From: Raillietiella orientalis
Taxonomy: Eukaryota
Length of the DNA: 64,000 bases
Direction of reading: 5' to 3'
Assembly (NCBI GenBank): GCA_036172245.1
Contig: JAYWIR010000038.1
Location: 620,001-684,000, forward strand
The notes under the pieces are model-generated. The model did not search any database. It had not been told where the DNA came from and worked only from the letters and a program-made list of their open reading frames with translations. The position numbers and the translations under genes are program-made. Positions 12,158 to 23,692 of this stretch are shown here, one piece after another. Position 1 is the first letter of the stretch, and each line of letters starts with the position of its first letter.

Positions 12158-12639
12158 GTCAGCACGCGTGGCATTGAAACAGGGCAAAGGGCGCACGTGG
12201 TTTCCGCGTACTGTTCCACTTGCCCACCGTGGTCTTAACAGTTTCGCAAAGCTTCTTCGCACCAACAGCTCTTGCAAACTGCAAAGTGGATGCCAGAGGA
12301 CGACCCTCCAGATGCTGCTGGGTGCAGACGTCCCGTTTGATGAGGCGGATCGCTTCTGACCTTGACCGGGAACACAACACTAGGGTGAATCGAAAGACCA
12401 TGCGATTTTATTCTTATTATGGTTGCATTTGAATGAAGGCATTGCGAAAACTTTCGTTTTTCTGTTTTTCAAGACCTCCGGGATTACTTTTCAAGGAAAC
12501 CCTTGCTTCACTCCATTCCAGATGATTCCTGAAAGCTAAGCAACCCTTGTCCCTCTGTTGTCCCTTTGATCACTTACTCTTTCCTTTTGTTTAAAAATCG
12601 ATCCACTCGCGATGCTTTTGTCTGATAGTCTGATAGTCG

Positions 12640-13012
12640 CACCTGCCTTTGGACTGCGGTGCCCTCCAGGGACTGTGGAGGAAGAGGCTGGCAGCAGCAC
12701 TCGTGCACCAGGAGGACACTGGTCGAGATGTGCTGCCATGGTTCTTCGAACCGGGAGGACTCTAGACAGGAGTGCTCGCAACCATGGGTTGCAACCGCGC
12801 CATCGTCATGGCCCACCATGTGTTCTGACCATGCAGCGAAGGGAGGTCACCAGGATGGCAGTCGCCTACATGAGGACGCTGCAAGGTGATCTCACCTGGA
12901 AGAAGTGAAGGAGGAGATCGCCGGCATCTCGAGCCGGTTTGAGGAGAACTAGGAACTGCGGACACCAATGACCCTTGTCCCCTGCTTCCATTTATTTATT
13001 TATTTATTTATT
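12640..13012 (+). mobile_element. Possible 3' end of another L1-like LINE with a (TTTA)n tract
   Basis: 'RREVTRMAVAYMRTLQGDLTWKK*' loosely resembles the L1-A C-terminal helix region; TTTA repeats at about 12990-13012. Confidence 0.25.
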
Positions 13013-13249
13013 TTCTCATCCCCCGTCCCTGTTCGCTCCGTAACTTCTCCGGTATTCTTTTTATCCCGGTGTCTCACGGAGCGGACTCAAAGATTCCCAT
13101 CCCATCTCATTGCATTTATTTTTTTTGTTGTCTCCCGATCCCATCCCTCGTTTCGGCCTTTCCGTTGTCCCAGCCTGCGTGCCAGTAAACTCTCCCCTTG
13201 AACTTCTTTCGTCGTCGGCTGGGAACTCCGTTCCCAACTGGTTCATTTT

Positions 13250-13690
13250 TTCCATAGAAAAAATGTCCCGGCGTGACCTGGTGGCAGATTTCATCCAAGA
13301 GACACACAGTCTCGGGAGAGAATAGCTGAAAGGGAAAGGCGTGCACTTTTCTGCACTGGACAAGTTCCTCATCCTCCTTCTGCAACGCGAAAGGCTCTTC
13401 TGCATGCTTCATCTACATTGCTAGGTTGTCTTCCTCCTCGTGTCTCCTCGGCACACTGTTCGAACAGAATTCCAGGCTTCAAGAACCCTTCGGGCGTTGG
13501 AGCGTTTGCGTGTCTTCTGATTCGGTTCTTGTTGACCCAGACCCTCGCCAAATCAGGTGGTCTTGCTGAAGTTTCTGATCACCGTATTCGAAAGCATGCC
13601 AGGGCTTTTGGGAGGACCGAGTGTCGAGTCCTTGGAGTTCGCACGTTGGTGTGGCCGGGATCGCCCTGGCGTGGCAGTGGTTCTGAAGGT
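13250..13690 (-). mobile_element. Possible LINE apurinic-like endonuclease N-terminal remnant
   Basis: 'GHTNVRT' (cf. xxNVRG/T), 'RVWVNK...PEGF' and 'RGGR..NLAM*MK' (cf. RxxxGGGVAxYxK) in order; heavily decayed. Confidence 0.3.
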
Positions 13691-14059
13691 CAGGGGAGGG
13701 AAGGAGGGTCGGCTGGTCGCTGCCGAGCAGGAAGAGGGTGACGAAGGAACGGGTTCCGACGGAGCGGGAGAAGGGGGCAACGGTGGTCCCTGTCCATTGA
13801 AAAGGAAGACGCAGCTAAGAAAGCAACATGATGTAATTATGAAGAAGAACGAGGTACCCGATGCAGAAAGAGTGAGAGTTTCGAAGAAGGGGGGCAGCTG
13901 AGACTGGCGATGTGTGTGCCGATGGCGGTGCCGGAGTGGTCTCTGAGGAGTCCGGTTCCATGCTGCGGAGGAAGTATCTTTTCTGGCGAGCCTGCGGCGT
14001 GGGCCCACCGACGACGAATGTTCTCCAGGGAAACGCGTGGAGTGAGTGACGCGCATCTC

Positions 14060-15164
14060 ATAATGGAGACGTGACGCAGCTTCGTCTGACATCAGACGAT
14101 TTCTCTTCTTGGAGAGTCCAGTAACCGCTTAGGAACGACCTCCACTCGGAAAATGGAAGCGAAGATGCATCGAGGAGGCTCTTGTGGTCCTTCTTTTCAA
14201 TTCGAATCCTCCTCGGACAGAAGAGCCATGCTGGTTCATCCTTGCCGCGTCGTCGGGAACGGCTACCAAAAAGGTTCCCTTCCAGAAAATCGGGAATCGA
14301 CATCCGTAAGGAGGGTGCCAGAGGGTTTGCGATGGAATAGGGAGCGGAAGGAAGTTCACGGACGACACATTAGTCAGGGCCACCTGGGGCCTGACTTTGT
14401 CGGCCCCGGGTGACATTTGTCGGTGAACACAGGCAGGCGAAAGTTAGGCTGCAAGGGTGAGGCAGGAGCATGGCTGTGGGTGAGGGAACCTTGGAAGACG
14501 ACCGCGCTACGGTTTCATCACCCCCTGTATTTCTCAGTTCGGCAAGAGTGTCCCGTGTTTATGGCTGCTGCCTTCGCTTGGACTCCCTTCAGAACCGTCT
14601 TGATAAGAGGCTGCCTCCTTCCTGCCAACTCCGAGAAGATTGCTGTTACCTCTCCGCCAACCATGCCAGATTCGATGGTTTAGAGGGCCCTTTCTCATGG
14701 GGGAGGCCGTGTCACATTCCTGCCGAGGTACAGACGAGCCTTGTTGAGACCTGCACCATGATTGCGGGGGCAGGCGAGGAGGGTTCTCCGTCGCAGGCGT
14801 GGTGCGAGGGTCTTGCTAACGGTATATCCACGCCGCATCTTCTGCACCCATATTTTCTTTGTACCTCCTCGATCCTGTGCGTAGCCATTATATGCCGTTT
14901 TATTTTCTGCTCCTGGAGGCGAACCATCATAGATCTGGAGATGTAGTCGCACCCCTTGACTCCACAGGCCATTAGGGATGATAGTGGAAATGATAGGGTG
15001 ACCACGCGAGCCTCTGAAGGTCCCAGTCCACTCTTTCCACTGTTTTCATCTCTACTATTGAGTATTCCGAATTCGAAGTGCCCTGTAGTGCGTTGGGCGG
15101 ATGGAAGACAGGCTTCTCCAGACAGACCGTGACCTTTAGTGCAGACAAGGAGTTCCCTGTCCAT
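14060..15164 (-). mobile_element. Utopia/NeSL-like (R2-group) non-LTR retrotransposon remnant: three N-terminal zinc fingers plus partial RT
   Basis: 'LSFPLSSLMACGVKGC...KRHIMATH' (C2H2), 'YGCRRCGVDIPLARPSHHAC' (CCHC) and, across a 1-nt frameshift, 'CTSAG-CDTASPMRKGPLNHRIWH' (C-x4-C-x12-H-x3-H, 14663-14732); downstream 'SPGADKV' and 'RFPIFWKGTFLVAVP' resemble early RT motifs. Confidence 0.65.
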
Positions 15165-15286
15165 TTCTCAGGGCACTGGGCATGCCACAGCATTGATGGC
15201 TCCTCAGGAATTCCTTTCTTAGAGTGTAATGCAAGGGCCACCTCGTAGAACCAACAGCATGCACTCACAAGCCGCGGTTAGTGAGT

Positions 15287-17300
15287 GCAAAGGTCTTCGA
15301 CTCATTGGATCACGTCATGCTGGAGCGGGGAACTAGGCTTCCCCATGATCTTTAGCAGCGTGGAGAAGTACGTGGCAGAAGTACGTGGAGAAGTCACTCT
15401 GGAGGAAGCCAACTTCACTATCAGCGTCAACGGGCCCACGTCGCAGAACATCAGGATGGGAAGAGGAATCCGGCAGGGAGATGCCCTGAATCCCACGCTC
15501 TTCTTACTGCACATGGAGGCGGTAAACGCTTCGTCCAAAACGAGAGCCGTCTCAGGAACCAAATAAAGAAGAAGAAGAGCTTTCTGGGAGAAGAAGAGAG
15601 CAACATCACGCTACTGGCCTAGGGCATCGACCTGCTCTTCGTCATATCAGACGAGCGGGATTCCTGGGCATCGTTCAGACCATGGAGTACGGCCTCGCAC
15701 TTAATTTGAATCCCAGAAAGTCTCATCTGCTCGCCATGGTAATACCGGTAATATCCAGCGTCCTCCGCGCCCATGGCTTCCACGGATAGTGTCAAGTACC
15801 TTGGGATACAGATCGGCGACGAAACACCAGCCCTGGAATACCAGCAACGGTCGGCCATCCTGGCCAAGCTGCTCAGAGAAACCAGCCACTACGTCGGAGC
15901 CTTCTCCTTGCCGAAGGACAAGACCAACCTCTGGAACGGATTGATGGTGCGCCAAAGTTCCTCTTTGCCACGTCTTTCCTTACGATTCCCTTGAGGACGG
16001 CAAAAGAGCTAGCTGTCATCCAGATGAACCTGTTCTGGAGCTGCAGAATCCAAGGCGAAGCTGAAGTACCTGTGTCGCCTGCTGACGGAAGGAGATACCG
16101 GCATGCGAGACATCGCCATTGGCGTGAAGCTGCAGGACCTCAGACATCTGATCCGAATCGTCAGCGTAGGATGGGACGCTTGGCCGTTCATGTTCCACTG
16201 CTCCTTGGCAGGGCTGGTGCACGGAATCGACGGCCTCATGACCACCATGCCGCTCACCGCGGACGACAGGAGGCAAGTGGACCAGACATGGCTACGAATT
16301 CAGCGTCTCCTGTGGACTTTCCAACTGAAGATCGTGCCAAGGAGCAAGGAGCTCTGGGTAAGGTGATCACGCTGTTCATTACCGTCCCTTGGGAAACGAG
16401 GACCTGGATCCAGAAGACCAGAGAAACGACGTTGGAGGAGTTGGACTGTAAAACAGCGTGGTCATCCACGCACGACTAGTCTTCGTGTACAAAAAAACAT
16501 TGGAGGTGAGAGTAACCCACAGGTCGTGCAAGCTTTGGTAAGACCAAGGTACGCAGTGGTCCAGGTCCAGATAAACAGCTTCAAGTTGCCAGGACCATTG
16601 ATCCCAAGGGAACAACGGAAAGAATGAGGAATGGGCTAGGGAACGCCGGCCTTTATCAGGGCGATCGGGACGGTCCTGTGGAGATCCTCCTTGCCGCCGG
16701 ACATTCAGGATCGACTCCTGATGTTCTACTACGGAGGCATCTTGTGCGGCACGAGACCCCAGCACTGGACCGCTAACCCCGACAACGATCAGTGTCCCAG
16801 TGTCCAGTGTCAACGACCAGACCAGTGCGGGTCAACAGAGGACGACCTGCATATCTACATCGCCAGACCCTCGTATAAGATTAGAGAGTGGCAAGTTGGG
16901 CGATAGAGATGGGCAACACGCTGAAGATGGAGACCCTACGAGGACTCTTCAAGGGTGAAGACAGCGTGCCCTACTACAGCCCCACGGGGGGGTGATCACC
17001 TCCTTCTTCCTGAGGAGAATCCTCATCAGAAGAACGAAACTGACGCTTGGAGACATGTGCAATATCAGGGACACCCTAAGTGGAGACTCCTGAAAAGGGA
17101 GACAAACATCCGGACTTGCGGAAGAGTAGCATTTTGGACTCTCCCGCAGTGCCTGAGAATACTCAACGACGCGTTCAGGACGGTGCAGTGCCCTACCCAT
17201 GAGGGCCGCAGTGTTTCGAAAGCGACCCAGCGGTCACAGTAATGATTATGTGTTTTGTCTGGTGTACGTGTCTGTAGTATGCATGATTATTGAATAAATC
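15287..17300 (+). mobile_element. 5'-truncated L1/Tx1-like LINE ORF2 pseudogene (second family), RT through zf-RVT and 3' UTR
   Basis: Ordered motifs 'AKVFDSLDH', 'ISVNGPTSQNIRMGRGIRQGDALNPTLF', 'ITLLA*GIDLLFV' (decayed YADD position), 'YGLALNLNPRKS', 'VKYLGIQIG', then 'LLMFYYGG...CPSVQC...EDDLHI'; AATAAA at about 17293. Confidence 0.85.
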
Positions 17301-19213
17301 CATCACCTCGAGCCGGACTGGGGAAAGAGTGCAAGGGTCGATCCAAAGGACTGGTCGCGGTTCCGCCACCCTCGAACACGTCGACGTGGTCCAGGAAGAA
17401 TTCGCTCGATCCGGGGTCCCATCAGCACACCCGCACGACCTCTTGCCACGGCTGCTCTTCTTGCGGAAGGAACGCGCGAGCGAGTTGGAACTGCAGCTCA
17501 AAACATTCTGTTTGCACATCCGTCAGTCGTGGCTTCCGCAAATGGATTGCAGCTTCCTGCTTTTCGCGGCTGGCAACCCTCTCGTCCCGATCTGCTGCAC
17601 CAGGGAACGAGCCAGCAGGCGTGTGCGAAATACTTTAAAGCAGCCGGGCACACATGAGCAGGTCAGGCCCCGCGAGCGGAAGCCACTCTGCATGAATTGA
17701 CCTTCTGGCCCTGCCTCATAGGCGTGAGACCTTTAGGTGACGCTTTCCCAACACATCCTTTAATTGAAATCGCATCCCGACTGGATACTAGGCCTTTCAG
17801 GGAACATTATTTCCTTCGAGGATTAAGTCTTGCTCAACGAGTTGACATCCCCCTCAAGCAAACGCCCCTAAGAAGCCTTCTAGGTAAACTTTCGCCAAAT
17901 TCCTTGTCTTCCTTCTAAGACGGCGGCCTCCGCCTCCGGCGGACTGAACAGTATTTTGCAAAATCTCCCATCGGTTACATTACATACATACGAGGACCTA
18001 AAAGTTAATCTGAATCCCGCTATGATTCGTTCCACTTGACGAACTTGTATGTTATCGTTTCCACTTGCTGTCGGTTTGGCACAAGAGGCACCTACTTCAG
18101 CTCCGTGTACCGCCCTCTTTTGTCGCTGCTCCACCCCGTCGTCAAGTAAATCAGTTCGTTGCTAACAATCTCGTGTTGCAAACATATCAGCCTCACAGTT
18201 ATTGATAGCAGCAACAGCCTCCTGCTTCCTGAATGAGATGCGTCGCCCTTGCCCGGTCACACCTTCCGGTACGTCCACCATGCCACGAGTTATCTAATCG
18301 CACGCCAAGCGGCGGACTCGATGTTTATCGCATCCGGATTGTCTCTTATCGCAAAATCTCGCAGCTTCTTCATCCCATTCCAGTACGAAAGGTACATTCG
18401 CGCATCCGAAAAATTAGAACGCTTTGGTTCATTTCTTCTTCTATCGAATCCAGGTTCGAACTGCCCAACTGCCCTTCATCAGGAAAATCCGTTATTCCCG
18501 GGGAAACGGGACGGCAACACCAAGGAACCAAAGAAGATGGGTTTCTCTCAAGCTAAGAAAACCCACCACCGCCAACTCCCTTATGCCCTTCCCCACCCAT
18601 CCACTGCCTGCTCCAGGGCTTTCGGTTCTCCTCTGCGGATGGTACCTACGAAAAAAAAAACCTACAATTGCACTACGAATTGGGGCTCGTCAACCAAGGT
18701 ACGAGTCATCTCAGCCTTTCCTCCACGCTGGCCGCAGCTTCCGGAGCACACAGTTCGTAAGAATTAGCTATTCCGAATCTATCGCAATCTGTCTTCCTCG
18801 AACCTAAACGCGGCGCGCGCCATGAGAGCCAGCGATAACTCAGACATGAAAACGGTTGCTGGCGGCCCGAGCATATTCAGAGTCTAAATTTAATGCACCT
18901 CCTCATTTCTGCCGCGTGAGTAACAACACGTCAGTCAAGAAATTTTCTCCCTCGTTGCGACCTCAACCTTCTCATTCCGAAGGAAACTCTGGTTCTGATC
19001 GTGAAACCAAAACCAAGGCAAATTTGAACCGTAGAATAAATAGATGCTTTAGAGTGCGGAGGTTTTTGAACTGAAAAACGACTCCAAAGTGCGGAACCTG
19101 GGGGAAGGGTGTGGAGAAAACCGTCGCAGGTGGGTTGGCACGACTGCCTCTGCAGAGATTTCTCGGTTCCCTAGGGAAACCTCGGAAGGATACGGGAACC
19201 ATGGGGGTCAGTT

Positions 19214-20000
19214 CGGTTTATCACCAGTTCACGCCGGGATGTTTAATATAAAAAAAGTAATAAACGTACACGTGTAGGGCCATCGGCCCTACATCGTCAG
19301 AAAGTGTTCGGAACTGGTCGAGGAACCGAGGCGCAGGACGGCGAGGTTTGCCTCGGCAGCGGAGGGGCAAACAAAAATGAAAACAAAACAAAAATCAATA
19401 ATAAAAAAAAAAACTCTGAGGGGAAAAACGGGAAGGGATCGTTGTCCTCTGGAGGGTGTCCTCTGCATCCTTTTCAGGATGCCGGCAAATTCTATCCGGA
19501 TGTGCCTCAGGTGGGGCCATCTTGCTGCCGTCCGCAGGAAGCTCAGGGCGAAACCGATGGCGTCCCTATCGCGCCGTCCTCCTCTCGCGTGACTCCAGGC
19601 CACTGCAATCTCGCGTAGGCAGCAGCAAAGAGCTGCTGGGGATGCTGCAGGCGAAAGGGCATCGCGCACGAAGAGGCGCTTCATCACTCCCCTGGGATTG
19701 TCCGTCGGTGCACCAAGGGCCGTTGCGTAACGCGGTCGCGTTGAGGTGCCGGAGGGCAACACAGTGCACAAGCAGGTGCGGGATCTGGGATTCGCGTTTC
19801 TTGCAGCTGCAACAGTTGGGGTCCACTGTCCCCCGGGTCTAGTGAGAGCTGAGGACGTTGCATGGAAGGCCCAGTGCAACGGGAAAGTGTCGACTCCTGC
19901 CACTTCCGGGGGAGGACTCGGCTGTTCATCAGCGCTGGGGGCCACTCGAGGTCCTCCTGTGGGATACTCAGAAGCTCACCCCAGCTAAGTGGTCCTTTTG
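19214..20000 (-). mobile_element. L1-A copy A4 (ORF2 C-terminus plus complete 3' end)
   Basis: 'WGELLSIPQEDLEWPPALMNSRVLPRKWQES', 'CCSCKKRESQIPHLLVHC', 'FLRTAARWPHLRHIRIEFAGILKRMQRTPS'; hairpin at 19273-19293; ends GAACTGGTGATAAACC. Confidence 0.85.
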
Positions 20001-20436
20001 GTTCCTTGGGGTCAAGTCGGCGTGCTACATGCGAGACAGAAGTGTGGATTCCTACCGCCTTCGGCTGCCTGCCCATGTGCCTCGCGTGGGGCACGTTTCA
20101 GTCTTTGCAAGAGAGCTCGGCTGCTCCCGCAGCGAAGGATGCAACCCAAATTTTCTCTGTTTGTCCCTTCGGGAACCCTCAAAAGGCCTGCAAGGGGTCC
20201 TTACGGGATCGAGAGATCCGTCTCCAAGAACGGAGGTGGCGTGATGGCTCGCCATTACCCGAGGAAGGCAACTGCGCTTGCAGAGGAAAAATCCTTGCTG
20301 GACCCCGTGTGCACGTTCTATTCTTTGGCAGGCCACGGACTTTCGACAGTAAGGTTTTTTTATTGCTTTGTTTTCCTTTTTTTTCAAAAAATGCCAGTAG
20401 CGGCCGAACATGGACACCGTTGCTATGGGTCTAAGA

Positions 20437-20950
20437 TGATTATCAGCCGGTTGTGCTGGGCATTTATTACGTAGAGTAATGAAGTCACATTGGTGTAGTG
20501 AGTGCAGTGAAGAACTTGCCTAAGAACGGTGCACAGGCCGGCGAGGTCCACTTCGGCAGCGTGGGGGAAGGGGAAAACAAAAACACACAAAAATAGGGGA
20601 GGGGGAATTCTACAAGGGACGAGAAAGGGATCACACAGTACGCTGCCAGACGTCTTCTGCATCCTGTGTAGGATGCAGAAGACGGCAAGTTCCGTCCGAT
20701 AGGGCTTAGGGGGAGCCATCTATAGGCGGTCCTCAGAAAGATTCGCGCCCAGTGGATGGCGTCCTGCCATTTCGGCCTCTTTTTTTTGAGTTCGAGGCCT
20801 CCACCATCCCGCGAAGACAGGAGGGAAATGCAAGGGACGCGGCCGGCGGCATCGCGAACGAAGAGGCATCAGAAAATGTCCCTGGGGCCACCCACCGGGG
20901 TTCCTAGGGTCATCTCGGGCGATCCCAAAGGGATCAGAGGGCAGCACAGT
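20437..20950 (-). mobile_element. L1-A copy A5
   Basis: 'YRTELAVFCILHRMQKT'; 3' end AATAAATGCCCAGCACAACCGGCTGATAA on the minus strand; abuts the 3' end of SINE-U S4. Confidence 0.75.
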
Positions 20951-20964
20951 CTAATGAGACCTAG

Positions 20965-21762
20965 GATGTTGGCAATCCTTTATGGTTCTCTTTTCGCTGC
21001 CTTCCTTCAAGCTTTATTTTTTTTCGGTGAGGAAGACCGAAATTTTCGGGTTCTTTTTTTTTGGTCTCAAGGGGTGCTGAAGAACCATCCGTCTCCCTAG
21101 GGGGAGGGGCTCACGAAGCTCTTCAGTGCTGTCCACGTCACCCGATGGCGCGTTGACTCTTCAAGATAGGGGGTATTCCGAAGGGACCACCCAATGAATC
21201 CAGGAGGGCTCCGGAGAAAGGAATCCGTTCCTCTCTTATACTTGGTAGGAACCCCAAGGGAACCTCCTTAATTCTCTCTGGAGGGACCCCCCGGATGAAG
21301 ACTTATTTTTGGGGAGATCCCTGGAAAGGAAGAGAACCCCAAAGGGACGCCTTCCGATTTCTCTGAAGGGCTGTCCCGGAAAGGAGCAGTGCTCTTCTTG
21401 ACACTCTGGAGAGGCGACTCCCTGAGAGGGATGCCGACCAGCTCCATGGTACGCGATGGTACGGCTCTCTCTTCGTCACTGAAGGGGATCTCCGAGGCTC
21501 CGTCATTCCCGGAAAGGCTCCAGAGGGTCCACTTCCAGTCCCGGTCGGTCAACAGTGTCATCCGGTGGTTTCCGGATCCAACCAGTGCCTCACCCAAAGC
21601 CAGCCAAGGCCAACCAGAGTCATCCTGCAGGGAAGGGATTCGTAAATTCATGACGCACCCCCCGTTATCGGCGTCGATCCTTCTCCCTGGGCGGGATTCG
21701 AACCCGCGACGCTCGGTACGCCACGCGCGCCGAGGACTCAGCCGCAAGGCGCCGCCAGCGCT
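20965..21762 (-). mobile_element. SINE-U copy S4 (full length)
   Basis: Perfect T-arm GCGGG-TTCGAAT-CCCGC on the minus strand (21691-21707), body subunits, and 3' block GGTTCTTCAGCACCCCTTGAGACC plus A-run at about 21054-21086. Confidence 0.85.
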
Positions 21763-21789
21763 GGCCTTGCGGATTTTTTGGAAACTTTT

Positions 21790-22140
21790 CAGAGGAAGAG
21801 GAAACCGGGAGCGATTCCCTCGTGGGTTCCCTGAGGAGAGCAAATTTCAGGATCGGATCCTTTCTGGGTTCCCTTCGGAGGAGAAACGAGGAGCGGCCCC
21901 CTTCGGGGTTCCCCTCTCAAACGTGAGAGGGGAACGGACTCCTTCCTTCAGAGCCATCCTGGATCCGTGGGGTGATACCCTTCCGGGGTACACCCTATAA
22001 CTTGAATAGTCAAAACGCTCCTCCGGGTGACGTGTACAGTGTCAAAGAAGAGCGTTGGGAGCCTCCGGGCGAACGGCTCTTGCGTGCCTGGCAGACCAGG
22101 AAAAAAAACAAAAACAAAAAGCAGAATAAGGAAGGGAAGC
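21790..22140 (+). mobile_element. SINE-U copy S5 (5'-truncated, back-to-back with S4)
   Basis: GGGTTCCCTTCGGAGGAGAAA, CCCCTTCGGGGTTCCCC, CCTGGATCCGTGGGGTG, ACTTGAATAGTCAAAACGC and an A-rich stretch at about 22101. Confidence 0.75.
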
Positions 22141-22299
22141 TTTTGGGGACTCCTGAAAAGTTCCTCGATCAAGAGTGAGAGCTCAATCTCACCGAAGCGG
22201 TTCCTCCGGCTCCCGAGACAGTCAAGCGTCTTCAACCCCATTCCACATCAACCTTTAGCCCCCGTCCGTCGTGCTCCCGTTGAAAAAACTGCGTCCAGG

Positions 22300-22930
22300 A
22301 GAATCGCACGTCGATCCGCCTCCCCCGGAACTTTTCGGCCGCTCAGCGGATGCCGCAATTTCCCGGACGGTCACCCCGAGGCCGCGCGGGGCCACGCAGG
22401 GGGATGCGAGCGCACCTGGAATCGGAGGAGTCCTCTCGTTCTCTCCCACAAGGGACCGAGGAAGATACTTTTCCATCTCGGGCCTCACGAGGAGGAAGGG
22501 AAGCCGCTTCTGGTCGGTAGGACGGAAATCCTGGAGTTCCTGGAGTGAGTCGATTCTGGTGGATGGATGCATTCTATCCGACAAAAGATGTTGCAGGCGA
22601 GTAAAAATGTGGGCTCTGGACCGTCTTCCCGTTTCTCGGACGGTGCGGATGCGTCGCCAGAGTTTACCCCTATGAACGCGCGGCTGCTCGGCAGCAACTC
22701 CTCCCACCAGCCGCCGCCCATAGGAATCCTCTCTCACCGATGTTCCATGGGATTGCATCTCTCCAAGGGTGAGTCCAGGAGATGCTGCGATGGCTCCGGA
22801 CGCAGGGAGACCACCGTTGGCTTCCTCGTTTTCTCCGCATGCATTTGCGGCTCACCGAACCCTCCTAGGGTCCCGTCACTTTTGGGGCGGTTTTCGACCC
22901 CATACTTCCCTTCTTGAAGGCGGGAACAGG
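22300..22930 (-). mobile_element. L1-like apurinic endonuclease remnant
   Basis: 'LTLGEMQ' (cf. xxGDFN) and 'GKLWRRIRTV...HIFTRLQH...STRIDSL' (cf. DxWRxxHP...FT...SRID). Confidence 0.5.
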
Positions 22931-23219
22931 CCTGCCCTTGCAGGTCATTAGGAGCAACACCTTGGGTGTTTCTTTCTCCCCCCCCCCTCTCTGTTGTGGC
23001 GATGTGGATCGCTTTCTCTCATCTTCTTTCTCAAGCGGGCAGCGACACCCAGCAACACCAGATCCGGCCTCGGGGTAGATTGTGCACTAGGAACACGTTG
23101 GTGTAGGGCCGGCGCCAAGCTCCGCTCTTTCTGCATGGATTGCAGTGGCGTCGTGTACATCACGCTTGTAGAAGACCCTGTACGGCGACCGGGAAAGTGA
23201 GCCGATGTCTCATACGGGG

Positions 23220-23580
23220 TCAACGAGGTCTTCCAGAGGCTCTGCTAACCTGCACCCGACCCGTTCTTCTCCTCATGGGCGAAGAAGCGGCAAGCAGCGA
23301 GCCGCAAAGAGCCTGCAGTGAGAAAACAGCCTCGGGGCCTGATGGAGTCCAGCGCAGCACAGGGCTTCCTGCTGATCACGGTAATTCTTAGTAAGGGGTT
23401 GCCATCGTTGGGCAGCGCATAGGGCTGTTACGAGCTTCTTCTGCATGGTGACTCGGACAGTGACGTCTCTAGACTGGGGTCCTGACGCTCCGTCGCCCAA
23501 CTCCCAAGCCTTGGAGGCACGGGGGAATGTTCTGCCCCCTCTGACATCTAGATGCTCCTAATGTCTTCTCCAATGCCAGA
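23220..23580 (+). mobile_element. LINE RT N-terminal fragment (clade uncertain, I/Jockey-like)
   Basis: 'EKTASGPDGVQ' (cf. KAPGPDGI) followed by 'PTPKPWRH..FCPL*HL' (cf. PIPKPGK..YRPISLL). Confidence 0.45.
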
Positions 23581-23619
23581 TGGCGGGAAGGGGGGGGGGA
23601 GAGAAGACGCGCTTCCTCC

Positions 23620-23692
23620 TCTTCTTTCCTTTCTTCCTTTTTTCCTTCTTCTTCCTCCCCTCCCTTCCTTCCTTCCTCCTCCTCCTCTTTTG
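23620..23692. repeat. Pyrimidine-rich low-complexity tract (CTT/CCT/CCTT)
   Basis: Directly visible C/T-only run; similar tracts occur at about 36500-36590, 44685-44780 and, as purine-rich runs, 55768-55840 and 56166-56217. Confidence 0.85.

Noticed and set aside
18000..18450. Gypsy-like pol fragments ('YWNGMKK', 'TTGWSSDK') on the minus strand
   Set aside because: Motifs are weak, interrupted by stops and in the reverse of the expected order.
21690..21762. Functional tRNA genes at GGTTCGAATCCC motifs (also about 33820, 35275, 40675, 45390, 60130)
   Set aside because: Only the T-arm pairs; there is no convincing acceptor, D or anticodon stem, and each continues into the same SINE body.
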